Origin: Candidatus Nanohaloarchaea archaeon
GTDB lineage: Archaea > Nanohalarchaeota > Nanosalinia > Nanosalinales > Nanosalinaceae
Assembly (NCBI GenBank): GCA_014297435.1
Contig: JACOQA010000001.1
Span: 128,001 to 192,000, forward strand
Length of the DNA stretch: 64,000 bases
Reading direction: 5' to 3'
Position numbers and translations under genes: made by a program
Shown here: piece by piece, positions 38,422-48,389 of the stretch
How the letters are laid out: the number at the start of each line of letters is the position of its first letter
How positions within the stretch are numbered: the first letter of the stretch is position 1
The notes under the pieces: generated by a model
Database searches by the model: none
Seen by the model: the letters and a program-made list of their open reading frames with translations, nothing else
Told to the model about the DNA's origin: nothing

Positions 38422-39986
38422 CAGCTTGACTCCCTCACAAACTCTAGGAATAGAGGGCTTGGATTCTCAAAGCTCGACTTGAACTCGGGATGTGCCTGCG
38501 TTCCCACCATGAAAGGATGGTTTTCAAGTTCGGCAAACTCTGCTAGTTCTCCATCTTTCTGTTTTCCGGAAAGTTTCAGACCGTTCTGCTCAAGTTGTTC
38601 GTGGTAATCAGGTTTGACTTCAAAACGGTGTCTGTGTCTTTCTGAAACTTCTTGTTTTCCGTAGATCTGTTTCACTTTACCTTCAAGCTCTGCAGTATAA
38701 CCTCCAAGCCTCATCGTACCTCCTTTCTCATCGATGTCTTTTTGTTCCGGCATCTCGGCAACCACCAGATGTTCTTCACCCGATTCGAACTCCTCAGAAG
38801 CAGCGTCTAGACCGAGAACGTTTCGGGAAAATTCCACGACCATCAACTGCATTCCGTAACATAGACCCAAGAAAGGTATATTGTTCTCACGACAGTACTC
38901 TATAGCATCGATCTTTCCCTCGACTCCTCTAGAGCCGAAGCCGCCCGGAACGATCACACCATCAAAACGCTCAAGCTCTTCAAGATCAAGGTTTTCGGTA
39001 TCTACTTGCTCTATCTCGATTGAACCTCCAAGCTCAGCAGCACTGTGCTTCAAAGCTTCCTCGACCGATACGTACGAATCATCGATCTCCATGTACTTAC
39101 CGCAGATAGCGATCTTTGCCACAGGATCCTTCGAAAGGCTTTCCACTCTCTGCCTCCATTTATCCAGCCCTCCATTTCTCTTCGGTAGATTAAGAGAGCT
39201 TCCAATTATTTCTCCTACATTCTGTCTATCAAATTCGAGAGGTAGCTCATATACGTGTTCCAAGTTAGGGTCGGAAACCACTTCTTTCTCTGAAACATCG
39301 CAGAAAAGAGATATTTTATCTACAGTAGAGTCAGAAAGCTCTTTCTCACTTCGACCAACCACCATGTCAGGAGAAAGACCTACCTGTCTTAATTCCTTTA
39401 CCGAGTGCTGTGTCGGTTTTGTCTTCTGCTCTCCGGTTGTCTCTAAGTAAGGCACGAGTGTTGTATGGATCAAGTAAGTTTCTTCCTCGTTTTCTTCGGC
39501 TATTATCTGTCTGGCTGCCTCAAGATAGAACTGGTTCTCCATGTCTCCTACAGTCCCTCCTATCTCGATCGCTACGACATCAGCTTCAGCATCTTCGGCG
39601 CTGTTCTTCCAGCATTTCTTTATCTCATCTGTTACATGTGGAACCATTTGAACTGTTTTTCCGAGGTATTCGCCTTCCCTTTCTTTCCGTATAACTTCTT
39701 TGAATATTTTGCCTGAGGTAAGGTTCCATTCTCCTTTTCCCTCTGTACCAAGAAATCTTTCGTAGTGACCGAAATCCATGTCAACCTCAGTCCCGTCCTC
39801 TAAGACAAATACTTCGCCGTGTTCATGAGGATTCATTGTACCAGGATCTACGTTGAGATATCCGTCGCACTTAATAGGTACCATTTCGAGCCCTCTTTTC
39901 TGTAGAAGTTTTGAGACGCTTGCGCTTACTAGACCTTTACCGAGACCTGAAAGAACCCCTCCCGTGATAAATATCCACTTCGGCAT
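38421..39986 (-). CDS. pyrG: CTP synthase
   Basis: TGGVLSGLGKG, NVDPGTM, KTKPTQHSV, GLCYGMQ, RHRHRFE, QAHPEF. Confidence 0.98.
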   Translation of the reverse strand: MPKWIFITGGVLSGLGKGLVSASVSKLLQKRGLEMVPIKCDGYLNVDPGTMNPHEHGEVFVLEDGTEVDMDFGHYERFLGTEGKGEWNLTSGKIFKEVIRKEREGEYLGKTVQMVPHVTDEIKKCWKNSAEDAEADVVAIEIGGTVGDMENQFYLEAARQIIAEENEEETYLIHTTLVPYLETTGEQKTKPTQHSVKELRQVGLSPDMVVGRSEKELSDSTVDKISLFCDVSEKEVVSDPNLEHVYELPLEFDRQNVGEIIGSSLNLPKRNGGLDKWRQRVESLSKDPVAKIAICGKYMEIDDSYVSVEEALKHSAAELGGSIEIEQVDTENLDLEELERFDGVIVPGGFGSRGVEGKIDAIEYCRENNIPFLGLCYGMQLMVVEFSRNVLGLDAASEEFESGEEHLVVAEMPEQKDIDEKGGTMRLGGYTAELEGKVKQIYGKQEVSERHRHRFEVKPDYHEQLEQNGLKLSGKQKDGELAEFAELENHPFMVGTQAHPEFKSSFENPSPLFLEFVRESS

Positions 39987-40027
39987 AATTCAAACAAGGA
40001 TAACTCAATTATATAACCGGCAGGTGC

Positions 40028-40255
40028 CTAGAGAAGGTTCGAGAAGAAAGATACGATCGCATCTGTAAAACTAGGTTTCTCCAGTTTATCCGGTTCAATG
40101 TGGTCATGCTCTTGAGTCGAGTTGTCGTGAACATGATCGTTTTTCTCTCCGTTTTCAGTAGAAAGATCGGCTGAAACCATATTTGTTGCAACGTAGGCAG
40201 AAACCATAGAAACCAGTAAAATCAATGCTAGAATAAGACCTGCCACTTTTCTCAT
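40028..40255 (-). CDS. Small secreted/membrane protein
   Basis: Signal-like N-terminus, His-containing polar middle, amphipathic end AIVSFFSNLL. Confidence 0.6.
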   Translation of the reverse strand: MRKVAGLILALILLVSMVSAYVATNMVSADLSTENGEKNDHVHDNSTQEHDHIEPDKLEKPSFTDAIVSFFSNLL

Positions 40256-40273
40256 AAGAGCCTATTCTGTGAT

Positions 40274-41071
40274 CTAGTTAATATCGTTTCGGTTAAGAAA
40301 CTCTGCTATATCCGAGATCTTCCTGATATCGAGATTGACCACCCTCTCCTCGGAGTGAGGAAGTTCATCACGGAGTTCCTTGGCCTCTTCCTTTTCTATA
40401 TCAAGTATGTGTCTTGAATCGACAAAGGCGTTACGAACTTTCTTCCTCTTGTGCGTAAACAAAGCTCTTACAGTTTTGAAGAATTGGTCTTCGTTCTCAA
40501 TTCCGTGTCGTTCCTTGTTGGGGTAGAGCTTGAGAATCGATGTTTCAACTTCCGGAGAAGGATAGTAGTTTCTGGAGGAAACGTCTCTAAGTTTCACAGG
40601 TACAAAGTAGTAGTTGACCATCACGGTAAAACGTCCGTACTCGGTTGAACCGGGTTCGGCAACAGCACGCTCCGCCAACTCCTTCTGAAGAATCAAAGAG
40701 GACTGGATCTGCCTCTTACCCAGTTTCTCTAACGTCTCAGAGGAGATACGGAAAGGCAGGTTCGAGACACATCTCTCAATATCCCCAGGTATCTCGTAAT
40801 CCAGGAAATCCTTCTCAACAACATCTATATCCTCAAAATTCTGTTTCATGTGGTTTGCTAATGTCGAATCGTTCTCAACCGTATAGATTTTACCGGATTT
40901 CTCAGTCAGTTCTTCTGTTATGGCTCCAGTACCGGGACCTATCTCAAGAACGTTTTTGTCTTCGACTTCTCCAGCCTCAACAAGCGCTTTGATAACTGCT
41001 TCCGATGTAAGAAAGTTCTGTCCGTCGACAGGCTGGACTCCAAGCCTTTTGAGTTCTTCTTGAACGCTCAT
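40274..41071 (-). CDS. rsmA: 16S rRNA adenine dimethyltransferase KsgA/RsmA
   Basis: GQNFL, EIGPGTG, SNLPF, QKELAER, YGRF. Confidence 0.96.
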   Translation of the reverse strand: MSVQEELKRLGVQPVDGQNFLTSEAVIKALVEAGEVEDKNVLEIGPGTGAITEELTEKSGKIYTVENDSTLANHMKQNFEDIDVVEKDFLDYEIPGDIERCVSNLPFRISSETLEKLGKRQIQSSLILQKELAERAVAEPGSTEYGRFTVMVNYYFVPVKLRDVSSRNYYPSPEVETSILKLYPNKERHGIENEDQFFKTVRALFTHKRKKVRNAFVDSRHILDIEKEEAKELRDELPHSEERVVNLDIRKISDIAEFLNRNDIN

Positions 41072-41095
41072 CGAACTGGAAAAACTAAGAGGTTT

Positions 41096-41635
41096 TTATG
41101 CTGAGGTGAAGAGTTTCCTCTTCGCGTCTCCTTTCAGCTCGTTTTCGATTCTTTCGGCTATGAGATCTTCAGGATCTGGAATTGAGGATACTCTCTCCTT
41201 AATGTCTTCGTAGCTCTTGAACTCTTTTTCCTCTCTTTCGTCGAGGATTGCCTGCATGTGTTTCGATCCGATTCCGGGTAGGAGTTCGAAAGCGTGTCTT
41301 CTCGGTGTTACAGGCGTGGCCTGATTGAAGAATTCGACGAACTCTTCTTCCTGTTCTTGGATCATGGCCTTCAGTACGTACTTTAGTTCGGACTTCGCGT
41401 TACCTGTTAATTGGTTGTAGTCCAAGCGCGCCTTGATGTATTTGACTTTATCTCGGTCTCCTTCTCCAATGTATAGTTCTTCGCCGCCTTTCGGTTCTTT
41501 TTCATCTCTCATTACAACCTCTAGCAGGTTGAAGTTCTTTGTTCCTATTCCCTGTGCTACGGGCTCATCTTTCTCTCCTGAGCGTCCGTGCCGTAGGAAG
41601 TCAAGTACCTTGATGTATTCGTCTTTATCAGCCAT
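41096..41635 (-). CDS. DUF655 family HhH RNA-binding protein
   Basis: VLDFL, AQGIG, FELLPGIG; conserved rpoF neighbour. Confidence 0.92.
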   Translation of the reverse strand: MADKDEYIKVLDFLRHGRSGEKDEPVAQGIGTKNFNLLEVVMRDEKEPKGGEELYIGEGDRDKVKYIKARLDYNQLTGNAKSELKYVLKAMIQEQEEEFVEFFNQATPVTPRRHAFELLPGIGSKHMQAILDEREEKEFKSYEDIKERVSSIPDPEDLIAERIENELKGDAKRKLFTSA

Positions 41636-41690
41636 TTTTCCACCTTTAGATTGTGAAATAAGAATTCAGAAAGTTAAAAGCCCTTCCCTT

Positions 41691-42026
41691 TTACTCCTCG
41701 ATTTCGATGCTCTGGCAGATATCGAGGATCTCTTCGATCTCTGAGTCGTCAAGCTTGACTCTTTCCTTCTGGAAGACAGCTCTAACTGTTGATTCGTGCT
41801 GTGGTACTACTTCGAGAAGTTTGTAGATCTGTTTCTCTTTCAGGGATTCAACTTCGGAAAGCTCTTCGTTGAGTTCTGCTAGTGTGTCTAGATCTGTTAT
41901 TTTGCAGTGGCGGGTAAGGTTTTCTAGTGCGATCTTCTGTTCGTGTGAGAGGTCTTCCTCATCCTTTTCTTTTAGGACGTTCAATGCTTCTGCCGGGTAG
42001 ACATTCTCTTCTTCCTTTACTTCCAT
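41691..42026 (-). CDS. rpoF: RNA polymerase subunit F (Rpo4)
   Basis: LSHEQKIALE, VRAVFQKER, EIEEILD; synteny. Confidence 0.88.
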   Translation of the reverse strand: MEVKEEENVYPAEALNVLKEKDEEDLSHEQKIALENLTRHCKITDLDTLAELNEELSEVESLKEKQIYKLLEVVPQHESTVRAVFQKERVKLDDSEIEEILDICQSIEIEE

Positions 42027-42033
42027 TTCTGGA

Positions 42034-42321
42034 TCACTCTAGTTTTTCCAGGTGTACGGGCTGGATGTAGAGTATCTTGGTTTTTCCGCCGTCCTCGAAC
42101 TCTACCTGGTAGGCGTCTCCTCTTTCGCCGGTTACTTCCACTGTTTTTCCGTGGTAGCGAGTGTGGACTCTTCCTTCTGTTACTGAGGGGTTGATCTGGA
42201 TAAGTGCTTTTTCTCCTTCTTCGAAGGTCTTCAACCTGTCGTTGATCGTTGTCGTGTGGTCTGAATCTTTGGAGAGGGTCTTTCTTGCGCCCTGCTGTGA
42301 TCCGTGTGACTTCTGTGCCAT
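42034..42321 (-). CDS. rpl21e: 50S ribosomal protein L21e
   Basis: SHGSQQGARKTL, INPSV, HTRYHGKT, DGGKTK, PVHL. Confidence 0.95.
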   Translation of the reverse strand: MAQKSHGSQQGARKTLSKDSDHTTTINDRLKTFEEGEKALIQINPSVTEGRVHTRYHGKTVEVTGERGDAYQVEFEDGGKTKILYIQPVHLEKLE

Positions 42322-42379
42322 TTTTATATACCTCTTATACAGGGAAAAGAAGGTCTTAACTTTTTAAACTCCTTACCCT

Positions 42380-42883
42380 CTAGAGGTGTTTTTCTATTTC
42401 TTCTCCGTAGAATCGAACTGCTTCCTCGTGTGCCTCTTCTTGGCTGGTTGAAGCGTGGACGATGTTGAAAAGAGGGATTTCCCATGTGTCTGCGATTCGC
42501 GAGTCGTAGTGTGGGAGCAAGTCTTCGTCGTAAAGTGGGCTTTCGGGGTTGTTCGCGGCATCCCCTCTTATTGTGCCTGGTTCGTTTTCCTCGGGTCTAA
42601 ACTCGTCTCCGACGATTTCTCGGGTTCTTTTGACTGCGTCTTCGCCATACATAATTCCGACCATGACATCTTCATCGTCGAAGTAGTCGTGTAGCTCGTC
42701 GAGAACATCGCCGGGTACGTGACCGTAGTGCTCGTCTACGAGTTCCGAGGAGACATTTTTCTGTTCGAGCATTGTGGGCTGGAGTCCTGAGTCTGAGAAG
42801 TAGCTAAGCACTTCGTCGGTTAGACCTCTTTCCAGAGCGTCTGGTTTCATCATTATGAATGTGTATTCTTCGTCGGTTGTCAT
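42380..42883 (-). CDS. ndk: Nucleoside diphosphate kinase with insertion
   Basis: TFIMMKPDA, EHY, PGTIRGD, NIVHAS. Confidence 0.9.
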   Translation of the reverse strand: MTTDEEYTFIMMKPDALERGLTDEVLSYFSDSGLQPTMLEQKNVSSELVDEHYGHVPGDVLDELHDYFDDEDVMVGIMYGEDAVKRTREIVGDEFRPEENEPGTIRGDAANNPESPLYDEDLLPHYDSRIADTWEIPLFNIVHASTSQEEAHEEAVRFYGEEIEKHL

Positions 42884-42980
42884 GAGTAGCATATTGGTCT
42901 CAAATTTTATATTAGACTCTATATTGTAGCTACCATTGTGGAACAAAACATTTATTAGCCCGCAATGTTATGTTGTTACT

Positions 42981-43700
42981 ATGAAGATACAAATAAATGA
43001 CGATGCTTTTTCCGATCGAAGTCTAGGTTCCACAACCATCGAAGAAGCAGTAGAATCTGGCGAAGGTCCTGAAAACCTGGTCGACTTTCCTGAAGATACA
43101 AAATATGACAAAGGATGGGAAAGAGCCGGAGGAGAATCTTTTATGAGGGTCGGCATGAGAGAAGGCACAGAAGAACCTGTTTTTATTGAGAAAAGCGGAA
43201 ACCCTGAGGTAACTAGAGACAGAGCTACAGAGCTTGACGAAAACGGAGCTCACGTAGTTCCAACTTTAATGCTTCTCGAAGATCGGGCGGCAGAAAGCAA
43301 CAGGATTAAGGGTTCAGAATATCAAATATTTCAGGAATGGGCTCCGGATAACTTTAGGGAGGAGTATAATGCAGGGAACCTTGGAGATAACGCACTTAGA
43401 CAGTTTGCTGAAAACTGTGCTGTGGTTGACGGGCTCGGATTCGGAATAAAAGGGGGAGAATACATGATAGATGAGATGCTAACAGATGGAGAAAACTGTT
43501 ACATAGTGGACTTCGGAGCAGACCTCGGATCATCGAGTTATGAATCTCATAAGGAACTTTATGACTCAGGTAGTGAGTTCCTTGAAGACTCTGAGGTTGC
43601 TGGTGAAGAAGAGTTCGAGAAATTCGACAACTGGTATGAGTCACAGCGCCAGTCGATCGATGAGGAATACAGCCTAGGAGAAAAAAAGGCTGTAGCTTAA
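42981..43700 (+). CDS. Hypothetical protein with kinase-like C-terminal features
   Basis: YQIFQEW hinge-like strand, MLTDGENCYIVDFG. Confidence 0.6.
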   Translation: MKIQINDDAFSDRSLGSTTIEEAVESGEGPENLVDFPEDTKYDKGWERAGGESFMRVGMREGTEEPVFIEKSGNPEVTRDRATELDENGAHVVPTLMLLEDRAAESNRIKGSEYQIFQEWAPDNFREEYNAGNLGDNALRQFAENCAVVDGLGFGIKGGEYMIDEMLTDGENCYIVDFGADLGSSSYESHKELYDSGSEFLEDSEVAGEEEFEKFDNWYESQRQSIDEEYSLGEKKAVA

Positions 43701-43707
43701 ATCTTTC

Positions 43708-44937
43708 CTATTTCTCAATATTGAGCACGTCAAGCGCAGTACACTCGGCTTCGCATCCAAGTGTTTCCGATACTGACGGGTCCGAGCGACCTTCATCGCC
43801 CGAGATCAACTCTTTGATGTATGTCCCTGCTTCTGCCTTGATCACGAGCTCGATCTTTTTCTCGCCCTTTCGCTCACATAAAACTCTCTGGACCTCTCTC
43901 TTCCTTACTTTATCGGCTCTTCTGTGATCTACTCTGTTAGGCGTCCGCTGCTCGATCTCTCCTTTAATATCCTGGAGCTTCTCAAGCTTTTCATCATCGA
44001 CATCCTCCGAAAGCTCTACCTCCGCACGGTACATCTTGTCCGCATGTTTCTCCTTAATCTCCTCGATCTCATCCTTACCAGCGGGTCTCAAGTCAAAGAT
44101 CTCTATCTTCTCGTTATCGTTAACCTCTTCCATCAAAGATTCAAGATCAAGATCTCTATGAAGAGGTTCGACTAATTCAAGAACGAACTCTCTTCTTCCA
44201 AAGCATCTTGCGTCAACGTCTTCTCTTCCTCCGCCATGGAACTTTGCTTCAATCGCCTTAGTTTCTCTCTTGAAAGGTTCCTGGATTTCCTCCTGAACCG
44301 AGGTAGGGTAGTTCTTACCTGTCCAGTCACATTCTTCACATCCTGAACCTCTACAGTTCCTGCAGTGCCATTCCGTCTGCGGAATTTCTCTAGAGTATTT
44401 GTTGTACTGGGCGTAAAGCAGTAGAGAGTTAACCTGCATCTCTACTCTGTCCTTGTTTTCATCCATCTCAATAATCGCGTTGATATCAGGACGTTTGAAA
44501 TCGACCTCGATACCAAGCTCTTTCTCAATTCTCTTACCGATCAATCGAGAAAGTTCGGTCTTGATAGGTTCAGTCCATTCAATGCCGTATTCTTCCCACA
44601 GCGCCTCCTCTTTCTCTATAGCTTCGTTGGGAGGTCTTATTCCGATGAGGAAGGTTGAAAGCTCGTACCGATCGAAAGAATCTTCTACCAGTTCAACCCA
44701 GTGATCCATCTTCTGGAAGACTCCATCACAGTACTCGCATGAACCTCCAAGATCTGCATCTTCCGGTATGTTCTCCCTAACGAAAGAGTCTTCTTCGAGA
44801 TCGTCTATTTCCCGGCAGATCGCACCTCTCTCAAAGTTTTCCAGTCCGTGTCCGAGCTTGGCGAACTGTCTTCCAAGACAGTGATCGCAGAGTTCTTCTT
44901 CAAGTAAAGCATCACGTTTTTCTTTTACAGAGATCAT
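43708..44937 (-). CDS. pus10: tRNA pseudouridine(54/55) synthase Pus10
   Basis: LCDHCLGRQFA, YNKYSREIPQT, GREDVDAR, QRTPNRV, GTYIKELISGD. Confidence 0.96.
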   Translation of the reverse strand: MISVKEKRDALLEEELCDHCLGRQFAKLGHGLENFERGAICREIDDLEEDSFVRENIPEDADLGGSCEYCDGVFQKMDHWVELVEDSFDRYELSTFLIGIRPPNEAIEKEEALWEEYGIEWTEPIKTELSRLIGKRIEKELGIEVDFKRPDINAIIEMDENKDRVEMQVNSLLLYAQYNKYSREIPQTEWHCRNCRGSGCEECDWTGKNYPTSVQEEIQEPFKRETKAIEAKFHGGGREDVDARCFGRREFVLELVEPLHRDLDLESLMEEVNDNEKIEIFDLRPAGKDEIEEIKEKHADKMYRAEVELSEDVDDEKLEKLQDIKGEIEQRTPNRVDHRRADKVRKREVQRVLCERKGEKKIELVIKAEAGTYIKELISGDEGRSDPSVSETLGCEAECTALDVLNIEK

Positions 44938-45467
44938 AGTTCGAAAATCTCCTCGACCTTTTTAACCTCTCCCTCATCAAACTCCAGAAGTTCTACTTTG
45001 ACTTGTGAAGCTTCGACTTCGAAAGTAAGCATCTCGGGCTTTCCGTCTGTCGAAGAACCTCCACCTACCCCCGTACAGCTTCCCGGATTTAATAGGAGGT
45101 TTTCCTGTTTCTTTACAGTTTCCTGTTCATGGGTATGACCATGGATCAAAACATCAACTTCAAGGTCGTCAGCGATCCTGAGAAGTGTTGGATGATGACC
45201 TCGGGGATTTATGCCAGTTCCATGGTAAGCTCCGACGCTAAAATCATCAATATTGAATGTTTCGGAGTTCGGAAGGTGGAAACGATCGCAGTTTCCTTTA
45301 ACCGCAATAAATTCTTTGGATTTCTGTTCAAGCATGTCGTAAGTTTCTTTAGTGACGAAGTCACCGCAGTGAACTACTTTATCTGCTTCCTTGACTACCT
45401 CAAGGAACTTTTCAGGTATCTTTTTCGCTCTTGAGGGGATATGCGAATCCGATATAACGGCTATCAT
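44934..45467 (-). CDS. YfcE/Vps29-type metallophosphoesterase
   Basis: SDSH, HCGD, GNCD, HG, GHTH, NPGS. Confidence 0.93.
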   Translation of the reverse strand: MIAVISDSHIPSRAKKIPEKFLEVVKEADKVVHCGDFVTKETYDMLEQKSKEFIAVKGNCDRFHLPNSETFNIDDFSVGAYHGTGINPRGHHPTLLRIADDLEVDVLIHGHTHEQETVKKQENLLLNPGSCTGVGGGSSTDGKPEMLTFEVEASQVKVELLEFDEGEVKKVEEIFEL

Positions 45468-45566
45468 ACAATATTCGTGTGTTCGAAACCGATAAAAGCT
45501 TTATATAGAGCTCCGGAACAAGTTTATCTAACGGGTTTCAGGGGGAGTGAGACCTAATGAATCAGA

Positions 45567-45863
45567 ATGGAGCACAAGGCATACGAAACTGTTTATAGAA
45601 CCTCGCTGCTTACCCTTCTAGGAATAACTAGATTCTTCTCTAAGATAGACATCGATCCTCCTGGAAAATGGCTGCCTATATTTGACAGCATGAAAGCCTC
45701 CTCTGAAATGGTTCACTGCAAACTCTCAGAACTCGATAACGATGTTGAAAAAGAGTTCGTAGAGAAAGAAGAGATGATCGAGAAAAGACTTGGGAAAAAG
45801 AAGTTCTATTCGGAGGACGAGCTTAAAGACTTGAAGAACAAGAAAGGAGAGATTACCATCTAA
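45567..45863 (+). CDS. Hypothetical protein
   Basis: 98 aa ORF filling the intergenic gap; no family recognised. Confidence 0.55.
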   Translation: MEHKAYETVYRTSLLTLLGITRFFSKIDIDPPGKWLPIFDSMKASSEMVHCKLSELDNDVEKEFVEKEEMIEKRLGKKKFYSEDELKDLKNKKGEITI

Positions 45864-45875
45864 AAATTTTTCTCA

Positions 45876-47168
45876 CTAGAGTCCCATCTTCTTCATCATG
45901 TCCTGCATCCCGCCACGCTTCATGGATCCTTTATCGAACTTGTCGACCATATTCTTTGTTTGACGGAAGTGCTTGATCAACTCGTTTACCTGCTGTTCGG
46001 AAGTCCCGGAACCAATAGCGATTCTCTCTTTTCTATCCCTGTCAATCATAGAAGGATCTGCCATCTCTTCTTTAGTCATCGAGTCCATAATGATCGAGTA
46101 TTCGGAGACTTTTTCTTCCGTAATATCTGCGATGTTGTCAGGCATCTGGTTTCCTCCGAAAGGAAGCTGCTGCATCATCTCCTCCATCATTCCCGAGTCG
46201 GTAACGGATTCGATCTGTGATTTGAAGTCCTGCAACGTGAACTCGCCCTCGAGTATTTCTTCTGGATCCGTATCAAGCTGCTCTACTTTTTCAAGCAATG
46301 ATTCAAGGTCTGGTTGACCTATCATGTCCGAGACAAAGTCCACAGGATCGTAGACTTCAAGGTCTTCAGGTCTCTCGCCTGTACCGATAAACTGTACGGA
46401 GGCGTCAGAGTTAGAACATGCGACAAGTGCGCCACCACCTTTAGCGCTGGAATCCATTTTTGTAACGATCACGCCGTTTAAACCAACGGCTGCATCAAAG
46501 TTCTCAGCCTGTGTCTTCGCTGACTGACCTATGTCAGCAGGAATAACAAGCATCTTTTCATCCGGATCAAACACCGAATCGATATCCGCTAATTCCTGTT
46601 TTAAATCATCGTTCAACGAGTTTCGTCCTGCGGAGTCAACTATTGTTACATCGGCATCTGTTTCTTCAATTCCATTTTCTACAACTTTTACAGGGTCTTC
46701 TGCTTCTTTCTCACCGTAGAACTCGACATCTATATCTTCCGCGAGCTGTTTTAACTGGTCAAAAGCTGCAGGACGGTCCGTGTCAGCACAGATCAGAGCT
46801 GGTTTTAAACCTCTCTTCCTGTAGAAGTCAGCAAGTTTCCCAGCGGTTGTAGTCTTACCTGCGCCGTAGAGACCGCATAGAAGAATGTTTTTGGGTTCAA
46901 CTTCGATCTCTGCTTCTTCTCCAAGAAGTTCCTCAAGCTTCGAGTAAACTATTTCGAGCACGTGTTCTTTCCTGGTTAGTCCTGAAGGAAGTTCGTCCTC
47001 TAAAGCTTCTTCCCTTATTTCATCGCTTAAGTCCGATACTAGTGAAACATCTACGTCTGCTTTTATCAGGTCTCTTTGTATATCTTTTACGAGCTGTTCT
47101 ACGGCTTCCTCGTCCGCAACGCTTTTGCCTGAGAACTTCTGAACCGACTCCTTGATTTTGTCAAACAT
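45876..47168 (-). CDS. srp54: Signal recognition particle protein SRP54
   Basis: GLYGAGKTTT, DSAGR, TKMDSSAKGGG, Met-rich M domain, RIAIGSG. Confidence 0.97.
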   Translation of the reverse strand: MFDKIKESVQKFSGKSVADEEAVEQLVKDIQRDLIKADVDVSLVSDLSDEIREEALEDELPSGLTRKEHVLEIVYSKLEELLGEEAEIEVEPKNILLCGLYGAGKTTTAGKLADFYRKRGLKPALICADTDRPAAFDQLKQLAEDIDVEFYGEKEAEDPVKVVENGIEETDADVTIVDSAGRNSLNDDLKQELADIDSVFDPDEKMLVIPADIGQSAKTQAENFDAAVGLNGVIVTKMDSSAKGGGALVACSNSDASVQFIGTGERPEDLEVYDPVDFVSDMIGQPDLESLLEKVEQLDTDPEEILEGEFTLQDFKSQIESVTDSGMMEEMMQQLPFGGNQMPDNIADITEEKVSEYSIIMDSMTKEEMADPSMIDRDRKERIAIGSGTSEQQVNELIKHFRQTKNMVDKFDKGSMKRGGMQDMMKKMGL

Positions 47169-47186
47169 ACTCGGGATAACGGGTCC

Positions 47187-47200
47187 AACCGTTTTAACTC
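47187..47200 (-). promoter_or_regulatory. Putative TATA-containing promoter of leaderless srp54
   Basis: GAGTTAAAACGGTT, same spacing to ATG as the herA element. Confidence 0.45.
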
Positions 47201-47204
47201 TTCG

Positions 47205-47543
47205 TTATGGACCGATGTTCCAGTACTTGAATACAACGAAGGAAAAAAGCATTCCCAGGAAGAAAGTTCCTACAGAAAAATAAAGTGAGGACATGAAGTT
47301 TTCCCCAGAGAAAGCGGCGTAGGCAAATCCTCCGATAAGGAATGTGAAACCGGTGACAAGAGGGTTTAGAAGTGTTCCAAGCCCTCCGAGAACCCCCATC
47401 TTGGTTCTGAGGTTGAACATTATCCATGTAATAATCAGTAAGGTGGCAAAGGCGGTTGCCAGTCCCGATTGTTCGTAGACATGGTATGCTCCGAGTCCTC
47501 CGAGAACCCCGATACCTAGTATGAGTAGTTTTTGGTTGTCCAT
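47205..47543 (-). CDS. Small four-helix membrane protein
   Basis: Almost entirely hydrophobic, Gly-rich. Confidence 0.75.
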   Translation of the reverse strand: MDNQKLLILGIGVLGGLGAYHVYEQSGLATAFATLLIITWIMFNLRTKMGVLGGLGTLLNPLVTGFTFLIGGFAYAAFSGENFMSSLYFSVGTFFLGMLFSFVVFKYWNIGP

Positions 47544-47597
47544 AACAGTTCCGGGTTTTCAAAGGGTTAAAAGAGTTTCATGCCTTTCTGTTGTTGT

Positions 47598-48389
47598 ATG
47601 TACCCCCTCAGAAGAGTTGAGGATGAAAACCTCTATTACTACGAATCGAATCAGGACTCAGACTTAACTCTCATCTTTACTCCTGGAGGCTTTAACCCTG
47701 AGATTTGGAGGCATCAGGTCAAATACTTTTCTAGAAAGATACATACTATCAGCTTCCAGCCTACCAGCAACAACAGAGGTTTTGAGGGCGAAAAGAGAGC
47801 TCTTGCAAACGTACTAAAACAGGATCAAGTTGAAAACGCGGTTCTCGTATCGAACGTACTAGGCAATCCTGTGATTCAGTCGTTTGAGGACAGGGAGAAC
47901 GTGATGGCGACAGTCTTCACTGGTATGTTAAAGAACTATTCTCTTCCTACCCGGCTTTATTCGATGGGGTCGAAGTTCCTTGGGGCAGAACCCAAGCTCT
48001 TCAAGAAGATGTTTTTCTCAAGCTACGCGGATTACAAGGTTGTGAAACAGTTCTTGAGGGATGCAGAGTTCCCTTCATATGAGATCTTCAAGAGCTTTGC
48101 TAAAGAGTACGATATTAGGACTCCGGTGAAACCTAATCTAGTGATTCATTCCGAGGAGGATCGCTTCTCATCACTTGAAAGAGTGAAAAAACTGGAGAAT
48201 AACTCTACCTCGTTAATAAAGCGTTCGGGGACGTTCAGCTTCTATGAAAAACCTCAAGAGTACAACAAAGCGTTGAACGATTTCCTCGTTAGTGTAGATG
48301 AACGGATTGAGGAAAGAAAGATTTATGAATCGAAAAAAAGGAATCGTTCGCTTTCAGAGTTCGACAAAAAGGTGAAGGCAAAAAGATGA
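47598..48389 (+). CDS. Alpha/beta-hydrolase-fold protein with degenerate catalytic motifs
   Basis: LIFTPG...WRHQVKYFS, PNLVIHSEEDRF, FYEKPQEYNKALNDFL; no GxSxG. Confidence 0.75.
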   Translation: MYPLRRVEDENLYYYESNQDSDLTLIFTPGGFNPEIWRHQVKYFSRKIHTISFQPTSNNRGFEGEKRALANVLKQDQVENAVLVSNVLGNPVIQSFEDRENVMATVFTGMLKNYSLPTRLYSMGSKFLGAEPKLFKKMFFSSYADYKVVKQFLRDAEFPSYEIFKSFAKEYDIRTPVKPNLVIHSEEDRFSSLERVKKLENNSTSLIKRSGTFSFYEKPQEYNKALNDFLVSVDERIEERKIYESKKRNRSLSEFDKKVKAKR

